Part shown: positions 1-8,812 of the stretch, piece by piece | How positions within the stretch are numbered: the stretch's first letter is position 1 | Layout of the letters: every line of letters starts with the position of its first letter | IMG/VR virus record: IMGVR_UViG_2724679206_000002 | Location: 8,877-72,876 of that record | DNA: 64,000 bases | Reading direction: 5' to 3' (one strand) | From: a virus | Taxonomy: Duplodnaviria; Caudoviricetes | Made by a program: the position numbers and the translations under genes | Notes under the pieces: generated by a model | Database searches by the model: none | Told to the model about the DNA's origin: nothing | The model's input: only the letters and a program-made list of their open reading frames with translations

Positions 1-479
1 ATATCACTAGGATCTAATATATATAGCCTGCTATTTTTGGGAGTATTAATACTAATATTTGTAACTTTATTAAATTTTGAAGTTAGTGATTTTATATATT
101 TATTATCATGATTATAGATAAACAACATACCATGCACTTTAAAATCTGAAGCACCTTCTAAATACAAAGTTTGCCATTCTTCGCTTATTTCAGAACATTC
201 CACTTGCATTGAAAGGCTTTGCAAGACTTCATTTAGATTTAAACTGCTTAGAGTGCTCTCAGAAAAACTTTTGAGATCAGTATGAATATAAGTAACTGTG
301 TTTGTGTATGGATCATTGTAATAAAAGACGACATCTGCTGGATGAGTATTTTTCTCATGCTCAGCATTTTCACATTTCCAATTAAGGTCTTCAAAAGTAC
401 ATTTTTCCCACCCAAAATAATTAAACAGTTCTTCAGAAATTAGAGCAGCCATTTTGCCAATATTGCTAGTTTCAGCCAT
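1..479 (-). CDS. PD-(D/E)XK nuclease-like protein, probable anti-phage defence gene; 3' end runs off the window
   Basis: Hand translation from ATG 479: MAETSNIGKMAALISEELF...THPADVVFYYNDPY...HTDLKSF, open to position 1; directly downstream of cI; low GC. Confidence 0.65.
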   Translation of the reverse strand, partial: MAETSNIGKMAALISEELFNYFGWEKCTFEDLNWKCENAEHEKNTHPADVVFYYNDPYTNTVTYIHTDLKSFSESTLSSLNLNEVLQSLSMQVECSEISEEWQTLYLEGASDFKVHGMLFIYNHDNKYIKSLTSKFNKVTNISINTPKNSRLYILDPSD

Positions 480-497
480 TTTTTATACCTAAATTAA

Positions 498-1187
498 TTA
501 AACATCCCGATACAACCCAACAACTTTCCCAACCAACTTACAGCCATCCTCCAAAGCAATTGCTTTCTCAGACCATTCAGGGTTTAAAGGCTGCAGATAC
601 ATATTGTCTGTTTCTACGATCAGCTTTTTAAAAGTTGCCGCTTTTCCGCTTTCACTAGAAACAATAACTAGATCTCCGGTTTTTAAATCACTCACTTGAA
701 AGTCAGGATTTACATAAATTTTGTCGCCAGGGCGGAAGTCAGGGAGCATGGATTCACCTGAAACTTCTAAGCCATAGCCATGCTTCCCGCATTTAGGATT
801 TGGCGGTAACCATTCTTCAAATTCTGTTCCGGCAGGAACGGCTTCTACGGTTGTCCACGAGCCAGCTTGTACCCATGAAATTACTGGAACTAGTCTGCCA
901 GCAACAGGGAATGGAGCTGAAACATTTGGTTCAATGCCAGTACCATGATCTAAATAGCTAATATCAACATTAAATTTTTCAGCCAAAGTCTGCATTTTTT
1001 CTTCACGTGGTTTTGCAATGCCAAGCGTATATCTACGAGCCATTTCATACGTAACTTCAATAGCATCTTTAAGCTGGTTCACTGTCTTAATTGGCGAACC
1101 ATCTTGTTCCATAAGGCTTTTGAGTCTTGATGCAAATTCAAGATATTTAGCTGATTGCACTTTGGATTTCTTTCCATTTTCTACCAC
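498..1187 (-). CDS. cI: CI-like repressor (XRE HTH + S24 peptidase)
   Basis: N-terminal HTH; VPVISWVQAG, GESM and ATFKKL S24 motifs; GTG 1187 preferred because the longer ORF overlaps cro. Confidence 0.92.
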   Translation of the reverse strand: MVENGKKSKVQSAKYLEFASRLKSLMEQDGSPIKTVNQLKDAIEVTYEMARRYTLGIAKPREEKMQTLAEKFNVDISYLDHGTGIEPNVSAPFPVAGRLVPVISWVQAGSWTTVEAVPAGTEFEEWLPPNPKCGKHGYGLEVSGESMLPDFRPGDKIYVNPDFQVSDLKTGDLVIVSSESGKAATFKKLIVETDNMYLQPLNPEWSEKAIALEDGCKLVGKVVGLYRDV

Positions 1188-1264
1188 TGGTAGAAGTTTA
1201 CCTCGTATTTTTAGTTGCACCAATTCTATTTTAGGTAGTATATTATCTTCTACTTTAAGTAGTT
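1179..1264. promoter_or_regulatory. OR-like operator array (TTCTAC-N5-GTAGAA x3) between cI and cro
   Basis: TTCTACCACTGGTAGAA 1179-1195, TTCTATTTTAGGTAGTA 1224-1240, TTCTACTTTAAGTAGTT 1248-1264. Confidence 0.75.
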
Positions 1265-1278
1265 TTATTGAGTGCATT

Positions 1279-1527
1279 ATGTCATCTCCAAAAGATGCTT
1301 TAGAAAAAGCTATAAAAATTGCTGGCAATAAATCAGCTTTAGCCCGTGGCTTAGGCATTACACCTTGGGCTTTAAGTAAGTGGAATTTCAATAAAATTCC
1401 AGAAGATCGATGTTTGCCAATTGAGGAATTAACTAAATCAAAAGTTAAAGCAGAACAGTTGCGGCCAGATATTAATTGGGCGTTTATACGTTCTACCCAA
1501 AATAGTAATAAACCCGCCATCCAATAA
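1279..1527 (+). CDS. cro: Cro/YdaS-like repressor
   Basis: MSSPKDALEKAIKIAGNKSALARGLGITPWALSKW...LRPDI; divergent from cI. Confidence 0.9.
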   Translation: MSSPKDALEKAIKIAGNKSALARGLGITPWALSKWNFNKIPEDRCLPIEELTKSKVKAEQLRPDINWAFIRSTQNSNKPAIQ

Positions 1528-1548
1528 ACACGTTCAAAAGGAACTGCC

Positions 1549-1995
1549 ATGAACATATTGGATGCCGCCCATCACACTGTCCGCCAATTTAAAGGCGGGG
1601 CAGCCGCACTCGCTGTCCGAATGGGCATGCGCAGCGTTGCAGTGCTCAACAGCAAAGTGAACCAAAACACAGAGACACATCACCTCACGCTGATGGAAGC
1701 CTCAACCATTATGGCCATTACAGGGGATTACCGAATTTTGCAGGCCTTATGCGCCGAGCACGGCAAAGTGGCCATCAATTTGCCCAATATCCCTGAATGC
1801 AGAGATACCGCGCTGACAGATTTGGTTTTGAGTATTGGAATGAATGGCGGGGATATATGTGCGCAGTTCAAAGAAATGATGGCAGACGGTCGGATCACAC
1901 GCGGCGAAGCCATAGACATGTCCAAAGTTATCCATGCCATGCATGAAGTCTTGGCAGAACTGGAAATGCAGATCAACAAATGTGTAGAGCAATAA
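1549..1995 (+). CDS. cII: CII-family (CP76-like) regulatory protein
   Basis: GGAAALAVRMG...LNSKVN...HHLTL motif; follows cro. Confidence 0.8.
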   Translation: MNILDAAHHTVRQFKGGAAALAVRMGMRSVAVLNSKVNQNTETHHLTLMEASTIMAITGDYRILQALCAEHGKVAINLPNIPECRDTALTDLVLSIGMNGGDICAQFKEMMADGRITRGEAIDMSKVIHAMHEVLAELEMQINKCVEQ

Positions 1996-1996
1996 A

Positions 1997-2024
1997 AAAA
2001 GCCTGACGGTTCAGGGCAGGCTTT
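1997..2024. terminator. Intrinsic terminator-like hairpin after cII
   Basis: AAAAGCCTG...CAGGCTTT. Confidence 0.55.
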
Positions 2025-2051
2025 AAACATCCATAAAAAGTGGAGCAATTT

Positions 2052-2483
2052 ATGAATAAATCCAAAGTAGCACAGAGCATTCTAGGTCACAACCAGCAGG
2101 GCGTTATGAACAACAAATCGCAACATGACTTAACACGTGAAATTGAAAAGCGCGAATTTGAATTAGGTTTAGCGCCTGACGATGCCTATGTAAAAACTGC
2201 AGAAGATTTCATAGCTGGTGATGTGGTCGTGTTTATGGATGAATCCAAAACAGACCGCTTAATGACTGTTTTTAAAGTACAGCGTAATGGTGTGCTGCTG
2301 GACGGAAACAGAAACTTTGCCTTAACGCATCTCATTCGTTCTGCCACAACTGCAGAGCTTAAAGCTAAACAACGACTGCCGGCGCCCGCTGCGCTATTTG
2401 TTTCTGCCAGCCATGAAACTGGCAGTCGGGATGAATCCATACACCTAATTCGTGCCTTAGGCGCACAAGGCTGGGTCACATGA
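2052..2483 (+). CDS. Hypothetical phage protein
   Basis: GGAG RBS upstream; in the early operon. Confidence 0.6.
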   Translation: MNKSKVAQSILGHNQQGVMNNKSQHDLTREIEKREFELGLAPDDAYVKTAEDFIAGDVVVFMDESKTDRLMTVFKVQRNGVLLDGNRNFALTHLIRSATTAELKAKQRLPAPAALFVSASHETGSRDESIHLIRALGAQGWVT

Positions 2484-2800
2484 GCCATGCATTTCAAAAG
2501 ATATTGGATCAAAAACAGCTTCATAGCATTCAGTCCTGGTATGAGCCGGCATTGCATCTGCTGGAAGAGCTAATGGAAGCAGCCAAACAAAATTTGCAAA
2601 AGCGCAATTACAACGAAGCGAATGCAGCCATACAGCGCGATATATTCCGCGATCAGCTGCAGCGCAGATACCGCATACCCATGTACACCGTTCTTGAAAT
2701 AGAAAAGAGCATGGGCCGCGCGGGCGTTATTGAATTTATAGGCGGAAACTTTGTGAAGCCAGCAAGCAAAGAAAGCCAGAGTGGAGAGGTAAAGCCATGA
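2480..2800 (+). CDS. Hypothetical phage protein
   Basis: ATGA overlaps with both neighbours. Confidence 0.65.
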   Translation: MSHAFQKILDQKQLHSIQSWYEPALHLLEELMEAAKQNLQKRNYNEANAAIQRDIFRDQLQRRYRIPMYTVLEIEKSMGRAGVIEFIGGNFVKPASKESQSGEVKP

Positions 2801-3207
2801 GCTACGATCAAAGAATTTATTGTGTTTTATGTCATCACAGAGAAGTCTTTAATCCGATTTTCAGAATGAATTCGCAATTTCAGCTTTGCGTAGAATGCGC
2901 GAGAGAAATTGCAAATTTGTATGTATTCGATTTTGAAGTTCGTTGGATTGATTCCGATTTTGAAGACAAATATGGTCCAGCACCAAAAAGTAAAGTTCGA
3001 AAATCATTGCCCCGTCAAATTAGAGAAACCGTCTTTATCCGTGATGGCCGTATATGCAAGCACTGTGGTTGTTTTGATAATTTAACAATCGACCATATTC
3101 ATCCAGTAACCCGTGGCGGCACAGATGATCTAGAGAATCTGCAGGTTCTTTGCCGAAGTTGTAACTCTAAGAAAGGCACGAATATTCAGGGCGGGAGCAA
3201 GCTATGA
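2797..3207 (+). CDS. HNH endonuclease
   Basis: RDGRICKHCG...TIDHIHP..RGG....NLQVLCRSCNSKKG. Confidence 0.9.
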   Translation: MSYDQRIYCVLCHHREVFNPIFRMNSQFQLCVECAREIANLYVFDFEVRWIDSDFEDKYGPAPKSKVRKSLPRQIRETVFIRDGRICKHCGCFDNLTIDHIHPVTRGGTDDLENLQVLCRSCNSKKGTNIQGGSKL

Positions 3208-4262
3208 GCAGGTTTGTCCCAAACTCATTTCAGATCACCAATGCCTTTGTTGATGAAGCAATGAATAAGCTTAGTGATGCCTCTATCAAGATTTACTTGC
3301 TGATCGTACGGAAGACTCGCGGTTGGGGAAAGGAGAGTGATTCATTATCATTGACTCAATTGGAGGAGTTATCGAGGAAAAGCCGTCCAACGGTGGTGAA
3401 ATGCCTTAATGAGCTAGTAAAAGTTGGTCTTGTTCAGAAGCGTAGTCAATCAAAATTTGGCAATGTTTACTCCTTAATTGATAACTACAACATTGGAGAG
3501 ATTATTAAATTCCCTAGTAAAAAAAATTTACTAGTTAAGGACTTCACTCCATTCGAAAATGAAGTAGTTAAAAATTTTAACCAGCAAGTTTTTGGCTATA
3601 AAAAAGTCAAAAATTCAGCTCAAAAAATTAGCGAAATTCGCCTAAATTTTCCTAGTAAAAATTCTTTACTAGTTAAAAGTTTTAACCAGACTAGTAAAAA
3701 CTTTTTACCGCAACTAGTAAAAATTTTTAACACACATAAAACAACTATCAAAAAACACTATCAAAATAAAAAAAAGAGCTGGTTGGTTTTGAAAAATTTG
3801 AAAGAAGAAATTGTTCTGGCAAATAATTCAATACCAGTTGAAAAAATCACTGAGGCGACTTGGTTTAATCGAGAGCTTGCAGCATTTGAAAATTTTAATG
3901 CTGACAAAAACCACAATCAGGAGTTTTTAACATACCTGTTTGCAGATTGGCTGATACGCGCATATTTCAAATACGAGAAACAGGCTCATGCCAAAACATT
4001 GTCGGATAGATCCCAAGCATCTGGTTCAGTAAAACCATCTCCAGATCCAAAACACCTCACTGAAAAACAGATTGCTGTGTTTGCACAGAAACTGGCGCAT
4101 CACAGTGAATTCGCCAGCAAGTTCAGCGAACCCGGCGACAGCTACGAAAAGCTGGCTGCCAAGATTGCCGTCAAACTCGAAGATCCAGCACAAGCCAAAA
4201 AATGGGAAAAATACCTCAAGCAGGTGGGCTTCACTGGAACGATCGCAAGGGAAGTCGCATGA
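3204..4262 (+). CDS. Phage replication initiator (lambda O-like)
   Basis: FVPNSFQITNAFVDE and IVRKTRGW N-terminal winged helix; internal iterons. Confidence 0.85.
   Translation: MSRFVPNSFQITNAFVDEAMNKLSDASIKIYLLIVRKTRGWGKESDSLSLTQLEELSRKSRPTVVKCLNELVKVGLVQKRSQSKFGNVYSLIDNYNIGEIIKFPSKKNLLVKDFTPFENEVVKNFNQQVFGYKKVKNSAQKISEIRLNFPSKNSLLVKSFNQTSKNFLPQLVKIFNTHKTTIKKHYQNKKKSWLVLKNLKEEIVLANNSIPVEKITEATWFNRELAAFENFNADKNHNQEFLTYLFADWLIRAYFKYEKQAHAKTLSDRSQASGSVKPSPDPKHLTEKQIAVFAQKLAHHSEFASKFSEPGDSYEKLAAKIAVKLEDPAQAKKWEKYLKQVGFTGTIAREVA
3511..3733 (+). repeat. Iterons of the phage replication origin inside the initiator gene
   Basis: About seven copies of (C/G)TAGT(A/T)AA, several followed by TTT(T)AC/TTTAAC, in an AT-rich tract. 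Confidence 0.75.
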
Positions 4263-4519
4263 ACCAGGCGAAGCGTACCTACCTGAACCTGATGATCTTC
4301 AAAATCATTGCTGAGTGCAAAGGCCGTATCTCTGTACAGCAGATCCACCAGCAGATTGAACCAAACATGGGAATGTCAGTACGCAGCCTACAGCGCTACA
4401 TGAAGGGCTTAGCGGAATGGGGGCTGATTCAGGCAGATGGCAAAACACCTCAGGGTTTTAAACTTTCTGAACATGCGAAAAGCATCTTCAAGGAACTAGC
4501 TGGGAGCGCGGCACATTGA
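4259..4519 (+). CDS. Winged-HTH DNA-binding protein
   Basis: ISVQQIHQQI...MSVRSLQRYMKGLAEWGLI; ATGA overlap with the initiator gene. Confidence 0.7.
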   Translation: MNQAKRTYLNLMIFKIIAECKGRISVQQIHQQIEPNMGMSVRSLQRYMKGLAEWGLIQADGKTPQGFKLSEHAKSIFKELAGSAAH

Positions 4520-4659
4520 ACAGCGTATACATTGGTGAAATGGAAAAATATAACGCGGCGGCGGGATTGGGTTATCAGGTTTACCAGTTCAGCACAGAGC
4601 AAGTGAAAAGCAGTATGGCAATACAGCAAGTTGAAAAAATGATAGGTGGTGTGGAATGA
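4516..4659 (+). pseudogene. C-terminal remnant of a DUF559/Vsr-like endonuclease
   Basis: Hand translation YIGEMEKYNAAAGLGYQVYQFSTEQVKSSMAIQQVEKMIG; N-terminal part absent. Confidence 0.55.
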
Positions 4660-5096
4660 ATACAGCGGCGAAAATTGAAGTAATGGATTGGGCTAAATTT
4701 ACAGCTGAGGAGTGGTTTAAGCAGTACGGGGCCTACATTCAAACCTGCCGCATGAAATCAGGTAACGCGCCAGACTCGCTGGGTATTAATCAAATCTTCT
4801 GGCTCATTTGTGAAAACAATAAAGGCGTGACAGAACGTAGAAATCAATTGGTATGCCAGATAAGCGATTTTGAAGCTGATGAAGTACGCAAATTAATTAT
4901 AGATTTAAAATTTTCAAACCGAATCTGTAATTCTGCGAAAGTGGCAGTAAACTTTTTTATTGAAAGGAATATCCGAGGGATGTCACTCCGCCAAATGGAA
5001 AATGAATTTAAGCTTGGAAAGACTTCGATCGATAATATGATTTTTGCAGGAAAGTATTTCTTAAATGGCCATGATAAAAGACTGAGAATTAATTGA
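4656..5096 (+). CDS. Q-like antiterminator / late regulator
   Basis: Last gene of the early operon; C-terminal sigma-4-like HTH (GMSLRQMENEFKLGKTSI); followed by a pR'-like promoter and terminator. Confidence 0.6.
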   Translation: MNTAAKIEVMDWAKFTAEEWFKQYGAYIQTCRMKSGNAPDSLGINQIFWLICENNKGVTERRNQLVCQISDFEADEVRKLIIDLKFSNRICNSAKVAVNFFIERNIRGMSLRQMENEFKLGKTSIDNMIFAGKYFLNGHDKRLRIN

Positions 5097-5121
5097 TTGT
5101 CCGGACAGCATATGGCATATT
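5093..5121 (+). promoter_or_regulatory. pR'-like sigma70 promoter
   Basis: TTGATT-N17-CATATT with extended TG, then a -10-like TATAGT and a terminator at 5166-5193. Confidence 0.55.
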
Positions 5122-5165
5122 TCTGTTATAGTGACCGAAGTGTATGTAAAGCACTAAAGTTAGTT

Positions 5166-5193
5166 AAAAGCTCGCCAAGTGGTGGGCTTTTTT
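5166..5193 (+). terminator. tR'-like intrinsic terminator
   Basis: AAAAGCTCGCC-aagt-GGTGGGCTTTTTT. Confidence 0.7.
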
Positions 5194-5274
5194 AACGTCT
5201 GCCTTCACGAAGCTTTTGGGCTTTTAAAAGAATAAAAATGGTATAGTGAGTTTGTCGTTTAAGTACCTTATTTT

Positions 5275-5562
5275 ATGTCTGAAATCTATAAATATCTCTG
5301 CACTCAAATTAGTACATTTGGGTCATTACCAACGCATAAAGTTTTTATAACTAGCGTAGGCAGGAAGACAAAATTAGTTTTCGCAGATAACACGTTTGTT
5401 TATGGCACTGTTTCAGATTGGGCTTTAAACCATTCAGGCCTTGATTCAAGAAAATCAGCATGGTCGGAAGAACCTAAATCATTTTTAGAAGATGAAAAAA
5501 ATAGATTGGGCCTATACAAGGCTTCACATCCACTATTCATAACAGAAGCAGGCATAGGTTAG
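5275..5562 (+). CDS. Hypothetical moron protein
   Basis: 95-aa ORF, low GC, upstream TATAGT. Confidence 0.55.
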   Translation: MSEIYKYLCTQISTFGSLPTHKVFITSVGRKTKLVFADNTFVYGTVSDWALNHSGLDSRKSAWSEEPKSFLEDEKNRLGLYKASHPLFITEAGIG

Positions 5563-5659
5563 TTTTTAAGATTTATTGGATTTAACCATGTCATAAGTGG
5601 TTATATTTTAATAAAGTTTGCTTTGTTAATACTTAGGGCGTATAACTGCACTACGTTGA

Positions 5660-5736
<77 letters not shown>

Positions 5737-5757
5737 ACGTAAAAATTAAAAGTTTAT

Positions 5758-5791
5758 ATACCTACCTTCCACTAGAGGTAGGTATTTTTTT
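5758..5791 (+). terminator. Intrinsic terminator after the tRNA
   Basis: ATACCTACCT...AGGTAGGTATTTTTTT. Confidence 0.75.
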
Positions 5792-5857
5792 GCCAGTTGT
5801 TTTATTCCTAGCTGTTTAAAAATGAATTCAGCTGGTACCTAAATCTAAGAGATTCAA

Positions 5858-5971
5858 ATGCTCCGATTCTTAAAATGCTTATTTAGCTTTCATGGCGCAA
5901 TTGAAATTGACTACACGATTGATGATGAAGCAATCAAAGTGTGCCGTGACTGCTTAAAAGAAGTTAAGTAA
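5858..5971 (+). CDS. 37-aa putative zinc-binding peptide (C-x4-H...CxxC)
   Basis: Hand translation MLRFLKCLFSFHGAIEIDYTIDDEAIKVCRDCLKEVK; below the ORF-track cutoff. Confidence 0.55.
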   Translation: MLRFLKCLFSFHGAIEIDYTIDDEAIKVCRDCLKEVK

Positions 5972-6469
5972 TTTGCCTAACGTTTTACTGCACATAAAAT
6001 CCCGTTCAATATGCATTATTGGCGGAGTTTCATTTTTTCTCTTATTGCTTTGAATGCGTTCAATCTAGGTAGTCATTAATAGACTATTGTAAAAATAATT
6101 TACAAATGAAACATAAAAGCATCTAAAGATATGTGAAATGAAACATAGTCTCTATATTTTCTATACCTTTCAAGTAATTTCGAGTGTTAGATTCTTATTC
6201 ATACTTATTAATATAAATTAAAAGTATAAAAGATTGAACATTTATAACCTTACTTAAGGCAGACAATTAAGTAGGGTTTTTTTATTTATAAAATTTTACA
6301 CTTATATAATCCGAGTGTTAGATCAATTATTTATATCATTGATAGTTAAATTTATTTTTTTATTCTTGGTGTTTTTGAAATTTTAACATTTGGTATATTT
6401 TGCAATTTAGAATTAATATGAAATTAGATATGTTACAAGCCTACATTAAAACAATGAGAATAAAGAACC

Positions 6470-6736
6470 ATGATTAAGACCTGTGAATTGCATATATTGC
6501 ATCAAATATACGATTTCCTTGCGGAGAGAGATGAGTTTCATAAAAAAACTCCGAATACTCAAGTCATAGAATTTTTTAAAGAACTGAACATTGGTAATCA
6601 ATCAGACTTTGTTCTTACAAGCCCCAGTACTGTGTATGGTAATTTTGGGCGTGTGTCTAAAGTAAGTTTGTCGAATGCACCTCTTTTTAGAGAAAAAGAT
6701 AAATTTATTAAATGGGCTTACGCTCAAGTACAGTAA
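6470..6736 (+). CDS. Hypothetical protein, paralogue of 7222-7494
   Basis: Shared QIYxF...FFxEL...DF..T.P...APxF..KxKFxxWA pattern. Confidence 0.7.
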   Translation: MIKTCELHILHQIYDFLAERDEFHKKTPNTQVIEFFKELNIGNQSDFVLTSPSTVYGNFGRVSKVSLSNAPLFREKDKFIKWAYAQVQ

Positions 6737-6784
6737 AGCCTTGTCGGGGTTTTGTTTTGCAATTTATGGGTTAAAATAGTGGTC

Positions 6785-6988
6785 ATGAAAAGATCACGAA
6801 AATTAGCAGTTCCACCCAAAATTAGCTGGACCACTGAACAAGATATTTACCTAATTGAAAATAGTACTCTTGATATCAGCCAATTGTGCATTCAGTTGGC
6901 TTTTACAGAAGAGCAAATTATAGAAAGAAAAGAAGTTCTTGGTTTGATCCGGCGTGAAAGGCAAATGAGAAGATTTAGAGGTAAGTAA
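6785..6988 (+). CDS. Small Myb/SANT-like HTH protein
   Basis: WTTEQDIYL...L...FTEEQI..R...LGL pattern; terminator at 6987-7016. Confidence 0.5.
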   Translation: MKRSRKLAVPPKISWTTEQDIYLIENSTLDISQLCIQLAFTEEQIIERKEVLGLIRRERQMRRFRGK

Positions 6989-7221
6989 AAAAGCCCCGTT
7001 ATTTTGCGGGGTTTTTCTTTTGAGGTCCAACAAGTTGCGGATGCGGGATGATTTGATATTTGCGCTTGAAATTTAAATGAATCTATATCTTGTTGCTTAA
7101 ATATGAATTATTGTTATTTCCTTATAAAAATTATGTATTTAAATGTAATAAGTAGTCAGTGATTGTGTTTGGAATACCCTGTAGATTACTGGGCTGATAA
7201 GGGGTAACAAGGAATATAATC

Positions 7222-7494
7222 ATGCCTATCGATAGTTCAAAATTAATAATTGAACAAATATATAATTTTATAATTGAAAAACCCCAGATTAGATATCAGA
7301 GTAAATTTATGCAATTAGCAATTTTCTTCGGTGAATTACATGAAGTGCATAAAAAAGACTTCCAGGCGACTAAACCATTTATTTATAAGGGCGTTTTTAA
7401 TGGTGAAACAAGAAAAATATCAGCCCTTGGAGCGCCAGAGTTTTTTGATAAAGAAAAATTTTTAAACTGGGCTGCAGGTAAAATAACAGACTAA
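7222..7494 (+). CDS. Hypothetical protein, paralogue of 6470-6736
   Basis: AGGA RBS; terminator AAAACCACC...GGTGGTTTT at about 7499-7520. Confidence 0.7.
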   Translation: MPIDSSKLIIEQIYNFIIEKPQIRYQSKFMQLAIFFGELHEVHKKDFQATKPFIYKGVFNGETRKISALGAPEFFDKEKFLNWAAGKITD

Positions 7495-8128
7495 ATACAA
7501 AACCACCACTGGGTGGTTTTCTAATGGACGAAATATTTTAAGATGTATTTAATATATATCTTAAATAAAATTATCTATAATTTCGATTGCTTAAATGCAT
7601 CCCGAATCAGCGCAAATGATAAAGGTGAAGCTTCATAGGAAACTATGGGGCTTTTTTAATGGATGTAATTTATGGTTGCTGATAGCTAATTGTGGGAAAC
7701 CCATAAGCACCCATCCAAAACTAAGCAACGCATTAAGCCCTATAGTGGATGGTATTTATAAAAAAGTTAGATTGATGATATTTAAATTTTTTTTCATTTC
7801 ATGTGATTGCAGGGCATCTATTTTTTTAAATTATATTTTTTTTATTAAAAGATTTGAAATTAATTTAAAGCCTTATCTAACCAAAGTATGTCGCGCTGTG
7901 AAACACCCTAACGACTTTTAACAGTTCGAACCTCTGAAGGGTTTAATTAAGTGCCGTATGCCTACCATCATTATGATTGAAAGAAAGCATGTTGAATATA
8001 AATCCTATCTGTACGTTAGGTGGTGAAATTTTGACACTGTCTCAAAATGTAGATGCCATAACGCTAGAAGTTTAAGCAATCCAGTATTGCAGATGAAGCA
8101 GCAAATTTTTGCACTTTTATAATTAGGA

Positions 8129-8812
8129 GTGAAAGTGAAAAATAGTCGAAGTGCATGGGATATTTGGGCTAAAAGCAATTCTGGCTCATTCTCAGATCCT
8201 TTTGAAGTAAAGAAAACATACCGAGCAGCGCGTGAACGCCGTGCGCTTGGAAGTGACATCATTTATCCATGTTCATTAAAAACAGAAGTGGTTAATGAAG
8301 ACTCTGTACACCGTGGTAGCACAGGCGGGATTGTGATTACCGGGGAAACTTTCATTACAGTGAAATTGCCTTATGGTGTGAGCGCTAATGATATTTGGCG
8401 TGCAACGATTGATGAAAATGGAAAGCAGAGAAACAGCCTTTCGGTCAGTGCAAAAAAATTTAAGAAAAAGGTATATGAGACTTACGCGCCAATATTCAAA
8501 GCCCTGAAATGGAAGGCATTGAATAAAGAGTGTGAAGTGCGCCTAATGGTGCAGCCACCGCTGAAAACCCGCAATTACAGCTCTAAAACTTATCCGCGCT
8601 TTGATATCGATAATTATCCAAAATTACTGATCGACTCACTCAAAGGCAGAGAAATGCTTTTTAAAGATGACAATATTTTTGTCAGTGAAAAGATCGAATT
8701 TGCAGAACCAACACAAGACGGCTGTGTCTGGCTTTCATGCATATTTATTGAAGAAACGAATTGGCTTGAGAAAAAAGTAGATTTTGATTGGCTTGCAGGG
8801 AGGTCTATCTAA
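8129..8812 (+). CDS. rusA: RusA-family Holliday junction resolvase
   Basis: LPYGVSANDIWR and DIDNYPKLLIDSLKG...FKDD catalytic motifs. Confidence 0.85.
   Translation: MKVKNSRSAWDIWAKSNSGSFSDPFEVKKTYRAARERRALGSDIIYPCSLKTEVVNEDSVHRGSTGGIVITGETFITVKLPYGVSANDIWRATIDENGKQRNSLSVSAKKFKKKVYETYAPIFKALKWKALNKECEVRLMVQPPLKTRNYSSKTYPRFDIDNYPKLLIDSLKGREMLFKDDNIFVSEKIEFAEPTQDGCVWLSCIFIEETNWLEKKVDFDWLAGRSI

Noticed and set aside
1188-1556. 352-aa version of cI and 169-aa version of cro
   Set aside because: The extensions overlap the opposite gene and the operators; shorter starts (1187, 1279) fit the families
7169-7175. TTGGAAT upstream of the 7222 ORF as a late promoter
   Set aside because: The hexamer at the expected spacing (TAACAA) lacks the final T; left unassigned
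7595-7921. 108-aa ORF upstream of rusA
   Set aside because: AT-rich, spans a terminator-like hairpin, no RBS or recognisable motif
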